A stretch of DNA of 64,000 nt from Eledone cirrhosa (GCA_964016885.1 OZ024758.1:23374001-23438000), one strand, 5' to 3'. Shown: positions 41,250-52,994, counted from the first letter of the stretch. The notes: generated from the letters alone by a model not told the origin. Made by a program: numbers and translations.

Positions 41250-41665
41250 TATATCATCATCATCATCATCACCGTTTTACATCCATTTTTCCACGCTAGC
41301 ATGGGTTAGACGGGTTGTCCTGTTGTGGGCAGCGTCCAGTCGGGAACTGATTCTGGCTTGATTTCTACAGCTGGATACCCTTCCTAACACCAACCTCATT
41401 TACAGTGAGTGCAGGGTGGTTTTTTGCCGTGGCGCCTACACGTCCACTTTACAGTGTGGGCTGGGTGCTTTTTTGCAGTGGAATGATAGGGACCCCAATC
41501 TCTATCATCTCATTTCTACAGCTGAGTAAACTGGAGCAATGTGAAATAAAGTGTCTTGCTCAAGGAAACAACCCATCACTCGGTCCGAGAATTGAACTCA
41601 AAACCTTTCGATTACAAGGTCAATGCTCTAACCACTAAGCCATGCGCCTCCACATATATATATAT

Positions 41666-41911
41666 TAATAATAGAAAGGATGATTTGTTATGTCTTCATT
41701 ACATTTATTGAGTAGTTATGCACGTTTCACTATTGATCAGCTCAAGGTTCGATCCAGCCCAACTCTGAAATCAAAAACTCGTCAGACTTATGTTGTGGTA
41801 ATAGTACCACAACAGAAATTTGGTGAGCAGAGTCGGGCCGGATCGAATCTTGAGCTGATCAATAGTGAAACGTAATGAAGACATAACAAATCATCCTTTT
41901 TACTGTTATTA
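41666..41911. repeat. Hairpin element, ~80-bp inverted arms with an inner hairpin
   Basis: AAAGGATGATTTGTTATGTCTTCATTAC...GATCAGCTCAAG pairs with CTTGAGCTGATC...GTAATGAAGACATAACAAATCATCCTTT; inner TGTTGTGGTA/TACCACAACA. Confidence 0.9.
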
Positions 41912-42504
41912 CACTCTGCTTAGCACTACATCTCTATACTTACTGGAAACTACACATCGAGTGCTCACTCTGGTGAACCTACAGTAACTGGATGTTACAA
42001 TCATTATCATTTCATCTTACGTCCGCTTTTCCCTGCTTGCAAGGGTGGGACGGGAACTGATTCTGGCTTGATTTCTACAGCTGGATGCCCTTCCTAACAC
42101 CAACCTCATTAACAGTGAGTGCTGGATGCTTTTTTTGCAGTGGAATGATAGGGACCCCAGTCCTATCATCTCATTTCTACAGCTGAGTAAACTGGAGCAA
42201 TGTGAAATAAAGTGTCTTGCTCAAGGAAACAACACATCACTCAGTCTGAGAATTGAACTCGAACCACTAAGCCATGTGCCCCAATCCCTGAGTATATATA
42301 TTAGTCAGTTGATCAGACAAACCACCAACTTTTGTTGTAAACAGACGTAAAGCACTCTGATTTGTATTCCTTAGAATGTTATCGATAAGGTATCAATTGT
42401 AGTTTCTATATTATAAAGAAGAAAGACGGTTTTAAAAGTAGATCATCTGTTTATTAAATAATAAACAGGATGCACATTTAAAACCATCTCTCTCTTTTAT
42501 AATA

Positions 42505-43089
42505 TATATATAATGTGTGTGTATTTTGTATATCTAGCGATATGAAGAAACCATGCTCTGCTGGATGTGCGTGAACAACCAAGCATGGACGAGTTGAGTG
42601 AAACTGTGCATAAGAGGAATAAACTGTAGTGTGCAAGGGAGAAGACTGTTGGTGTGGCCATGTGATGCACATGGAAGATGACCGCTGGGTGAAGAAGTGT
42701 CAAGAAATCCCAGCAGATGGAAGACTACAAAAAACATGCGGAGGTAGTGAGAGCTGACCTCAGATCACTGAAGCTAACAGAGGAGATGACCAAGAACTGT
42801 GACAAATGGAGAGATGCTGAAGAGGATCTGTCCCACCCTTGCAAGCAGGAAAAAGCGGATGTAAAATGATGATACAGTATGTTTATGAATGAACATTTGA
42901 AAGCCTTCAGCTATGGATTTTGGAAACTGATAACATAGAGCCATCTAGTGGATTCCAACAGAAGCAGGAGTGGGTACCCTTGGTTCTGCTGGAATCCACT
43001 AGATGGCTCTGTTATCGATTTCCAAATGTTTATTCAGAAACATACCGTATATCGCTAGATATACAAAATACACATACCTATATGTATAC
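42505..43089. repeat. Hairpin element split by an RTE insertion
   Basis: TGTGTATTTTGTATATCTAGCGATAT (left of the LINE) pairs with ATATCGCTAGATATACAAAATACACA; inner AGAGCCATCTAGTGGATTCCA pairs with TGGAATCCACTAGATGGCTCT. Confidence 0.85.
42545..42873 (+). mobile_element. Degenerate 3' fragment of the same RTE LINE, inserted into a hairpin element
   Basis: CTGGATGTGCGTGAAC...GGCCATGTGATGC...CCCACCCTTGCAAGCAGGAAAAAGCGGATGTAAAATGATGAT matches the 63590-64000 element. Confidence 0.85.
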
Positions 43090-45748
43090 AGCTATGTTAG
43101 AGCAAACACCTTAATTATTTAATCTACACTAAAGTGGTTGTGTAGATGTCACATCAAAAAGCACCCAGTCCATGCTGTAAAGTGGTCGTGTAAGAGACAC
43201 AGTAAAAAGGCTCCCAGTCCACACTGTAAATGTGGCTGGTGTTAGGAAGGGCATCCAACCATAGAAAACGTGCCAGATAAGTCCTATACAAGCGAGACAC
43301 GGTCACCCGATCAATCTTGCCTCAAGTGGGGAAATTTACCGTCTAACCCATGATAGCGTGGAAGATAGACGTTAAATGATGATGTGTGTACAAAGTGATC
43401 GTGTTGGTGACACAACAGTGTCCAGCCCACACTGTAAAGTGGTTGGCATTAGGAAAGGCATCTAGCCCTAGAAACCAAACCAGAAGCAGTTCTGTATGAA
43501 CAAGTCACAGTCACCTGATCTGACTTGTCTCACAACAGGACAACTTGTTTAACCCATCCTAGCATAGAAAAATGGACATTAACCCTTTAGTATTTACATT
43601 ACTCTATATAAAGAATTGTATTTTCACAGTAAAGGCTTTACCATATATAACTATTTCACATAATATCAAATCTATGAGATTTTGATATTATCTATTTTAA
43701 GAGCAATACCTTAACATCAGTATGAGGGGCCAATTTGAAGAGAATTTTGGCCAGATATGGCTGCTTTAACTCTTTAGAATTCACATTATTCTATATATAC
43801 TATTGTATTTGTAAAGGCTTTATCTCACATAATATTGAATCTATAAGATTTTGATCTTGTTTATTTTGAGAACAATACCTTATGGCCGGTTTGAAGAGAA
43901 AGAGGTGAGAGAATTCTGGCCAGATGTGGCTGCTTTAAACGGTGATGATGTGTATACATATATATATATATATATATTTACTGGTTACTCTACTACGACA
44001 TTATCTTGTGTTGTGTTTAATATAATACACTGGGAGAATAGGGATGGCAGAAAAACCTAACGTTTGATTCATTGGTTTATACATATATTGTGTGTGTATA
44101 TATGTATGTTTGCTGGTAAGTTTAGCATTGACATCTGTTGCCATGTTCAATATATACATTAGGAGAACAGTGATAGCAGAAAAAGCTAACATTTGATTCA
44201 TTGGTAAATATATTGTGTGTATATATATATATATATACACTGGGAAAATGGTGATAGAAAAACCTGCTGTTGTTGTCTATATTTAACCTAGTTCACGTAA
44301 ATATACAAACATATTACACAAGAAACACAGTTCTATTGCAAAAGTCTTTTGGTTGAGCCACATAATTTTATTTGCCTTACATTCAGTGACATGTAGTGCT
44401 TTCATTTGTATTAATCAGCAAAGATTCTGTGCCAACTAGCATATTCTTTTAAGGAACCCCATTTCGGCCGCTTGAATTCGCAATCATTCTTTCGGTCATT
44501 ACCCATAGGTAAATTGAAGATAGTGAGTTTGGCTTTTACATCTACCTCCCTTCTTTTGATGACCGAATGCTAAAGCTGACACATATTGCACCAGCTCCTG
44601 CAATGGTCAGTAAGCAATTTTCAAATTTGAATGTAAAATGTTGCCAGTTGTCAAGGTGTTCTATTTTTAGATTAACCCTTTAGCATTTACATTACTCTAT
44701 ATTTACTAGAATATTTTCAGAGTAAAGGCTTTATCTTACATAATTATCTCACATATTAAATCTACAAGATTTGGATATTATTTATTTTGAGAACAATACT
44801 TTAACATCAGTATTGATGGACAGTTATGGCTGGTTTGAACAGAAAGAGGTAAGAGAATTCTGGCCGGACATGGCCGATTTCAATGCTAAAGGGTTAAATG
44901 ATCACTTTCTTTTAGATACATGAAATCTGGAAGGAAAAAAAAGTGACTGGATGATTATAGATACAATACATTTGATCATGTATTTAGCTTTGCTGAATAA
45001 TAAGCCAATATGGTTAAATAACAGCCACATTTCTGATACACAAGCAAAAAATAGCAGCTGATATTATTACTGCTATAAAGGCAACACCTTATTAAAAAAA
45101 AAAAAAAAAAAAAAACCTTTTCAAACCTACTCTGGACCCTACTGGCTAACACAGCTCCCATCGATTTACAGTCATTAATCTTAATTATAGAAGGATATCA
45201 AAGACACGATTGAGAAAGTAACTAGTAACATTGTCGAAATGTGAACATTGATGGAATGGCTGACATGCAAAGTCTAAAGTCTGCCTTGAGCCCAGAGGCT
45301 TATCCTGGTCACCATAGTCTTAAGCAATTGAGAGTACAATACTTCCCACCTGGACAGGACGCCAGTTAAACCTCCAGTTATTACTGGTACTCATTTTCAG
45401 TTGAGTATACTGGAGCAACATGAAATGAAGTGTTTTGTTCAAGAACACAACACAACCCAGTCCAGGAATTGAACCCACAACGTTACGGTCGTAAGTCCAA
45501 CACCCTTACCACTAGGCCACGCGTTTCTATGAGCTCCATGCATTGAGTAAATAACAAACTCTACTACAGGTCTTTCGGCTGGAAGTATTTCCATTATCAA
45601 TTATGTCTTTGGTGACCTTCCATAACCAAGAAAAGTTACAGTAAATTAATTGGAGGGGGGGGGGTGTCTCTTGTACTAAACTACCGTTGACCAACTTAAT
45701 ACATTTTAAAACGACCCTCGTGTGCTTCCGTAGTGAAGATAACGTTCG

Positions 45749-45778
45749 GTCTCCCTAGCAACCAGTTGCCATAACACT
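45749..45778 (+). promoter_or_regulatory. Tandem RFX X-box-like motifs, putative promoter of gene 2
   Basis: GTCTCCCTAGCAAC (45749-45762) and GTTGCCATAACACT (45765-45778) resemble GTHNYY-AT-RRNAAC. They lie in a locally CpG-containing non-repeat patch ~200 bp upstream of a strong donor. Confidence 0.5.
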
Positions 45779-45779
45779 G

Positions 45780-45979
45780 GAACCGAACGCCAGCAACGGG
45801 ATTAAAATCAATAAATTAGGTTAAAACAAAACAAACAAAAAAAATAATAATACAGGCAATATATGATTATATCGAACTATTTGTGTTTAGAATTTATTAA
45901 ATTTGCATATTTGTTGTTCTAGTAGTTGTAGTGGTGGTAATTGATATTGTACAAAAAGAAGACGAGGAAAAAAAAAGAG
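45780..45979 (+). other. Putative non-coding first exon of gene 2 (5' boundary uncertain)
   Basis: Ends in consensus donor GAG|GTAAGA (45979/45980). The ATG-bearing exon starts at an acceptor (TCTTGCAG|49132), so an upstream UTR exon is required. Confidence 0.45.
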
Positions 45980-46136
45980 GTAAGAAATTTCATTGTTATT
46001 GTTGTTGTTTAGCCTCGGATTAGCCCTAACTAGGCAGACCTGTTGACCCAAGGAACCCCAACCATAACTATATCCCTAATTACATTGTCTGAACATATCC
46101 GTGTTTATTTATTTAAGTCAGTAGGGAAATAATTTG

Positions 46137-46690
46137 CGATTCTTTCCTCAGACATTCTAACCACATGCTCATAGTATCGGAGCTGTGATCTCTCAATTCG
46201 GAGAAGTAGTGGCTCTACCTGGAGTGACTCTCTGAACCCCTGAGACATTCTAACCACATGCTCATAGTATCGGAGCTGTGATCCCTCAATTCGGAGAAGT
46301 AGCAGCTCTACCTGGAGTGACTCTCTGAACCCCTGAGACATTCTAACCACATGCTCATAGTATCGGAGCTATGATCCCTCAATTCGGAGAAGTAGCAGCT
46401 CTACCTGGAGTGACTCTCTGATCTCAGAATGACGCACTTTATCGAGTAACCTTACTCCAAAGACTCCCCTTGAGGCGGATTTTACGGGCAAAACCAACAG
46501 GTAGGAGGCCCAGGGGTAAACCCCTAACAAGATGGTTGGATAACATCCATGAGCTTGGCTGGTTACACATGGGAATCCAGCCGGAGCAGTTGGAGACGGT
46601 TGCTTTTGACAGACAGGACCCACTGGAAGGAGTGTTTGAGGACTCTGCCCCCACGACCCTCTCAGGAATATGTGGGCGAAGAAGAAATCC
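46137..46690. mobile_element. Second RTE-like LINE 3' fragment with inverted 5' part and an internal 93-bp triplication
   Basis: Minus part encodes ...QLRYYEHVVRMSEERIA; plus part from ~46471 encodes RRILRAKPTGRRPRGKP and ends in a GAAGAAGAA tail; imperfect TSD at 46121-46136 and 46691-46705. Confidence 0.8.
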
Positions 46691-46794
46691 GTAGGATATA
46701 ATTTGTAGATTTTGCTGCTATTTCTAGTAGTTCGAGCATCCGCTTAATGGCTCCCTGTGTACTTCTGCTTATTGTTGTTGTTGATGATGATGTT

Positions 46795-46960
46795 ACACAT
46801 TCGTTAGTTCGGTCAACCACTGGAACAACCTCAAACAAGAAACAGATGTCGCATCCTCAGTTAACATCTTTAAGTCGAGGCTCGTATTGATGACCACCTA
46901 GGAGGCGATCGATACTCAGAAGAGGATCATCTCTACCTTGGTATGAGTCTAATTACCCTT
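46795..46960 (+). mobile_element. CR1-like LINE 3' fragment
   Basis: Encodes VNHWNNLKQETDVASSVNIFKSRL, the typical CR1/L2 C-terminal WNxL...FKxRL motif. Confidence 0.6.
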
Positions 46961-48678
46961 ACCGGGTACCAAATGACCATACTTATCATCATCATCGTTT
47001 AACGTCTATCTTCCACGCTAGCATGGGTTAGACGGGTTTGTCCCATTTAGAGGCAAGTTGCGTCGGATGACCGTGTGTCGTTCGTATAGGACTGTTTCTG
47101 GCTGGTTTTCTACGGCTGGATGTCGTTCCTAGCACCAACCACATTTACAGTATGTGGTGGGTGTGCTTTTTGCTCTCTTTTACACGACCACTTTACAGTG
47201 GGCTGGGTGTTTTCTGGTACCTACATGACATATGCACATATATATATATCATCATCATCATCATTCGTCGAGATGATGGATCTCACTCTCATGCCCCAGA
47301 ATTCCCTGTCCCCCATCGCTGCCCCCAGGTCCTGTCTACTGATTCCCGTATCCCTAGAGATAACGTCAGGGAATGACAGCTTCCTACTCCTAGTCAGTAC
47401 TTAAGATATAATAATTATAATTCTTTCTTTCTAACATTGGCACAAGGCCGGCAATCTGAGGGGGAAAGGGAAGGTTTATTATATCGACTTCAGTTCTTAA
47501 CTGATTCTTTATTTTATCGACCCCGGAAGGGTGAAATGAAAAGCAAAGTTAACCTCGACGGGATTTGAAAGTCGTAACTATAAGCCACAAAAACATTTTG
47601 ACCGATGCTGCCAATCTACCACTCTTGATAATAATAACAACGATGATGTTAGTAGTAGTAGTAGTAGTAGTAGTTGCAGTAGCAGCAGTCGTGGTGATGA
47701 TAATCATGTTACCAGTCGAAGGAGAGGTAAATCCCTAATCTGGGATGCGACGTGTTGTGACTCATTTTACATGTGAGCTCAAACAAAGGAGTTAGTATTT
47801 AACCCTTTAGCATTTATATTACTCTATATATACTATTGTATTTTCGAAGGTACAAGATTTTGATATTATTTATTTTGAGAACAATACCTTAACATCAGTA
47901 TGAGAGGCTGGTTTGAATAGAAAGAAGTGAGAGAATTCTGGCCAGATATGGCCGGCTTAAATGCTAAAGGGTTAGGTCTGATGTGTTTTGATATGTGACT
48001 ATGGGAACAATCACATTGAGGTTTCACTACATACCCACACACTCAATCACACACCACAATAAGGGGTGCTGGAGCTTCCCTCTTATAATTATTTAGGCGA
48101 GCCAACAAACACACAGCACCCTCACAGGCATCACCTGATACATCAGTATGGTAAGCCACTAACAATGACAAGACCCTCACTAAATCCACTGAAGGATGAC
48201 AGCTGCATAAAGAAATGCAGAGTGCTCAAAGTCAAAGGAGCCTTTGGAAGGAGAAGACCTAGCCATGGGATGATGTAGTGAAGATTGACCTCATGCATTT
48301 GGACCTCACTCTAAACCCAAAGAAGCAGAGAGGTTGTACAACACCCAGGTTCCACTCCACCTACCAGTATACTCCTGAATTCCATACCAGCATGCTTCTG
48401 GTTCCCTTCTCCCACCCTAAACCTGAAGGAGCAGAGAGATGAAACAACTCTCGAGTCCTCAACTTTTAGTATACTCCTGACTTCCTCACCTAACCCATGC
48501 TAGCATGGAAAGATATGACAAAATAGTATGAACGAGAGTTGCCTGAAAAGTTCATAGGCTGACCAAGATACTCTCATGGAATGACCAAATGAGGTTTATT
48601 TTCCAACATAGTCCCTGGAAAGAAACAATGCAATTATTAATAATAAGAGTTGAAATGAATGCATGCTAGATTTCACAG

Positions 48679-48949
48679 TGGAGGCACGTGGCCTAGTGGT
48701 AAGGGTGTTGGACTTATGGTCATAATGCTGTGTGTTCGATTCCTGGGCTGCGTGTTGTGTTCTTGAGCAAAACACTTCATTTCACGTTGCTCCAGTATAC
48801 TCAGCTGTAAATGAGTACCAGCAATAGCTGGAGGTTTAACCCTGCATCCTGTCCAGGAGGAAGTCTTGTACTCTCAGTTGCTTCATGTCATGAAACCTGG
48901 ATAAACACCGGCCTAACGAGCCTTCTGGCTTACAGACTTAAAACTAGGG
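48679..48949 (+). mobile_element. SINE family C copy with 12-bp target-site duplication
   Basis: tRNA-like head TGGCCTAGTGG...GTTCGATTCC; TAGATTTCACAG duplicated at 48667-48678 and 48950-48961. Other copies at 1-85(-), 20960-21240(+), 45275-45525(-). Confidence 0.9.
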
Positions 48950-49167
48950 TAGATTTCACAGCCCTAACATCACTCCTTCATGGTCAGCCTATGAACATTC
49001 CAGCCTACCCTTATATGTTTGATTGTGAAATACAGTGTGGAGTTGTCAAGGTGATGAGACATCTTTTTATAAAGTATATTTTCTCATAAATGGAGAAGTA
49101 ATTAATTTATTTAATAATTTATATCTTGCAGGTGATCCTGCCCTAAACTAAAGGTCTAGATCCAGTT

Positions 49168-49188
49168 ATGACTTCGAAAAGCATAGGC
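49168..49188 (+). CDS. Tandem DUF1330-like protein, coding exon 1
   Basis: Exon 49132-49188; ATG 49168 preceded by in-frame TAA at 49144; MTSKSIG; donor GGC|GTAAGT, phase 0. Confidence 0.6.
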
Positions 49189-49319
49189 GTAAGTTATATT
49201 TAGGAAATCATTTTACACCACACAGCATTAATGACTTGTTTTATAGCCTTGCAAAGGTTTATAAAATATGTTGTTACTGTCACTCTTTATGAACACCATC
49301 GTAACCATAGCAGCAAGAT

Positions 49320-49990
49320 CATTGGCAGTATCGGTAGAGGGTCGGACGCCATGTTTTGACGCATAGAGTTACGGCCCTTGCCATTCTGAGTTCAAATCCT
49401 GCCGAGGTTAACTTTGCCTTTCATCCTTACGGGGGTCGATAAAATAAAGTACCAGTAATGCACTGGGATAATTGCTGGCCCCTTGTGCCTAAAGTAGAAA
49501 CAATTATTGAGTTCAAATCCCTCCGAGGTTGACTTTGCCTTTCATCCTTATGGGGTCGATAAAATAAAGTACCAGTAATGTACTGGGATAATTGCTGGCC
49601 CCTTGTGCCTAAAGTAGAAACAATTATTGAGTTCAAATCCCGCCGAGGTTGACTTTGCCTTTCATCCTTATGGGGTCGATAAAATAAAGTACCAGTAATG
49701 TACTGGGATAATTGCTGGCCCCTTGTGCCTAAAGTAGAAACAATTATTGAGTTCAAATCCCTCCGAGGTTGACTTTGCCTTTCATCCTTACGGGGTCGAT
49801 AAAATAAAGTACCAGTAATGCACTGGGATAATTGCTGGCCCCTTGTGCCTAAAGTAGAAACAATTATTGAGTTCAAATCCCTCCGAGGTTGACTTTGCCT
49901 TTCATCCTTATGGGGGTCGATAAAATAAAGTACCAGTAATGCACTGCGTATTTGCTGGCCCCTTGTGCCAAAAGTAAAACAATTATTATT
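49320..49990 (+). mobile_element. SINE family B with its 3' 120 bp tandemly amplified five times
   Basis: One head followed by GAGTTCAAATCC at 49388, 49509, 49629, 49749, 49869. Confidence 0.92.
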
Positions 49991-50253
49991 CTTATTATCT
50001 TCTATAGGGTGGTGGATTGGCAGTATCGGTAGAAGGTAAGACGCCATGCTTTGCAGCACAGAGTTACGGCCCTTTATGATCTGAGTTCAAATTCCGCCGA
50101 GGTTAACTTTGCCTTTCATCCTTACGTGGGGGGCGGGGGGGGGGGGTCGATAAAACAAAGTACCAGTAATGCACTGGGGTAATTGCTGGCCTTGTGCCAA
50201 GAAGTAGAAACAATTGTTATATTATTCAATTATTTTTGTTTTATTTCCTGTAG

Positions 50254-50319
50254 GTGCAAACAAAGGATCCCTTGGCTCCAAGCACACCAATTATAAGCAG
50301 CTGGAAACGGGAGAATGTT
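50254..50319 (+). CDS. Tandem DUF1330-like protein, coding exon 2
   Basis: TTTTATTTCCTGTAG acceptor; VQTKDPLAPSTPIISSWKRENV; donor GTT|GTAAGT; 66 nt, phase 0 to 0. Confidence 0.68.
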
Positions 50320-50464
50320 GTAAGTTGTTACTTTTTCTTTTACTTTTAATTTCATTTTAAAATTTTTTTCTTTTGAGCCAACTTATGCAGCTTCATATGC
50401 AAATGAGATTAATCACCTGATTTACACAGACGAGAAAACTATATATTCTCGGCTGTCTTCTAGT

Positions 50465-50554
50465 CCAGCAGTCGCAAGTGGCGGGAGGGATCGTCCTGAC
50501 GAAGGCCAGTTAAGCCTGAAATGCATAGACGGTTGTCCCCCTTGCTTCTGCTGG
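50465..50554 (+). ncRNA. Minimal type I hammerhead ribozyme motif (Penelope-like)
   Basis: ATCGTC-CTGACGA(50496-50502)-AGGC cagttaa GCCT-GAAA(50518-50521)-TGCA-TA-GACGGT; palindromic stem III ATGCAT; stem I extends via GCAAG/CTTGC and CCAGCAG/CTGCTGG; predicted cut after 50527. Confidence 0.75.
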
Positions 50555-50967
50555 CCATCACCAGTAGGGTTGCTAGGATGCGTCCATAGGTGGTATGCTG
50601 GTGAGAAAGAGAATTTGCTTCGAAATCACTAGACGTATCTGAGGAACTTGCGAATCCAGAGTCAGGTTCTATCTACAAATAGATCGCACCTCGAGCTGTT
50701 TACCGGAGAAACAATTGTGATACGTAATAAATTGTGTTCCGATGCATCACGTTTTCCATTATTATATATATATATATATAATAGGGCGGTGGATTGGCAG
50801 TATCGGTAGAGGGTCGGACGCCATGCTTTCCAGCATAGTTACGTCCCTTTACAATCTGAGTTCAAATCCCGCCAAAGTTGACTTTGTCTTCCATCCTTAC
50901 GGGGTCGATAAAATAAAGTACCAGTAACGCACTGGGTAATTGCTGGCCTTGTGCCTAAAGTAGAAAC

Positions 50968-51001
<34 letters not shown>

Positions 51002-51140
51002 CGCCACGGAAAAAAAGCACCCAGCACTCACTGTAAATGAGGTTGGTGTTAGGAAGGGTATCCAGCTGTAGAAATCAAGCCAGAATTAGTTCCCGTCCCA
51101 CCCTTGCAAGCAGGGAAAAGCGGACGTAAAATGATGAAGA

Positions 51141-51184
<44 letters not shown>

Positions 51185-52352
51185 CATTTCATCATTTTAC
51201 GTCCGTTTTTCCCTGCTTGCAAGGGTGGGACGGGAACTAATTCTGGCTTGATTTCTACAGCTGGATGCCCTTCCTAACACCAACCTTATTTACAGTGAGT
51301 GCTGGGTGCTTTTTTGCCGTGGCGCCTGCACGTCCACTTTACGGTGTAGGCTGGGCGCTTTTTTGCCGTGGCACCTCCACGACCACTTTGCAGTGGAATG
51401 ATAGGGACCCCAGTCCAATCATCTCATTTCTACAGCTGAGTAAACTGGAGCAATGTGAAATAAAGTGTCTTGCTCAAGGAAGCAACACGTCACCCGGTCT
51501 GATATATATATATATATGGAGGCATATGGCTTAGTGGTTAGAGCATTGGCCTTACAATCGAAAGGTTGTGAGTTCAATTCTCAGACCGGGTGATGTGTTG
51601 TTTCCTTGAGCAAGACACTTTATTTCACATTGCTCCAGTTTACTCAGCTGTAGAAATGAGATGATAGGGATTGGGGTCCATATCATTCCACTGCAAAGTG
51701 GTCGTGGAGGTGCCACGGCAAAAAAGCACCCAGCACTCACTGTAAATGAGGTTGGTGTTAGGAAGGGCATCCAGCTGTAGAAATCAAGCCAGAATCAGTT
51801 CCCGTCCCACCCTTGCAAGCAGGGAAAAAGCGGACGTGAAATGAAATGATGATGATATATATATATATATATATATAAGGGTCATCTGCTCCATACAAAG
51901 CTTAACCACTTCTTGCCCTTTATGTCTGTTCCTTCCTGGCATGAGATCTCAAATGGCTGTTGAGTCCTGTAAGCCTGTGAAACTGTGAAAGACCCGTCCT
52001 TAAATAATACAATGATGTCTCATTTTGTCCTTGTTTCCACTTTGAGTTTGCTTATTGTGTATGTTCTGATGTCGCTTCAATCCACCATATATATATATAT
52101 ATTATCATCATCATCATCATCATCATTTAATGCCCATGATGATGATAGTAATATATATGGTGGTAATATATATGATGATGATAATATTATATATATGCAT
52201 GTATTATATATGCCATACAGTAATTATATATGCCTAGTACCATTGCTTGTTTCCTACCTAACTGTCCTGTATGTACCTAACGCATTTGCACTCTCTATAC
52301 GCTTGCATATGTACTGCTAGTGTCCCCGTTTTATGAGTAACTTTCTGCCTAA

Positions 52353-52642
52353 TGCCTCTTTAATTATTATACAATTCTCTTGTAATCTCTATCACATGTA
52401 TTCCACTCTGTGCCTCTTTAATTATTATACAATTCTCTTGTAATCTCTGTCACATCCACGCCACTCTGTGCCTCTTTAATTATTATACAATTCTCTTGTA
52501 ATCTCTATCACATCCACTCCACTCTGTGCCTCTTTAATTATTATACAATTCTCTTGTAATCTCTATCACATGTATTCCACTCTGTGCCTCTTTAATTATT
52601 ATACAATTCTCTTGTAATCTCTGTCACATCCACTCCACTCTG
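52353..52642. repeat. 58-bp tandem repeat, 5 copies
   Basis: TGCCTCTTTAATTATTATACAATTCTC at 52353, 52411, 52469 and onward. Confidence 0.93.
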
Positions 52643-52994
52643 TAAATACGAAACTGTTGATGATAACATTAATATCAATGTATCTATATGATTGTTCAGT
52701 TGAATAGGAAGTGAATTATATGTCCAAACTTTGCTAGTGCTCCTATGATTCCAAACGAAAGTTTGGAAGAAACGATTGTCAGCAATAAAATGATTTGAAC
52801 ATAACATTGATATTTGTGTAATTTATATTCCTGCTCTGTAAAACATCTGATGTATTTACATTGAGCTATTTTTCTTACTGGTAATAAGGTAGTAATGAAT
52901 TACTGACCTTTCCTGTTTACAGTTGTATATAGTGTATATATAACTATAAATAATATTATATATATATATATATATATTTTTTTTTTTTTTGCAG

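Noticed and set aside
49427-50059. 210-aa minus-strand repeat ORF
   Set aside because: Antisense reading of the 120-bp SINE tandem array.
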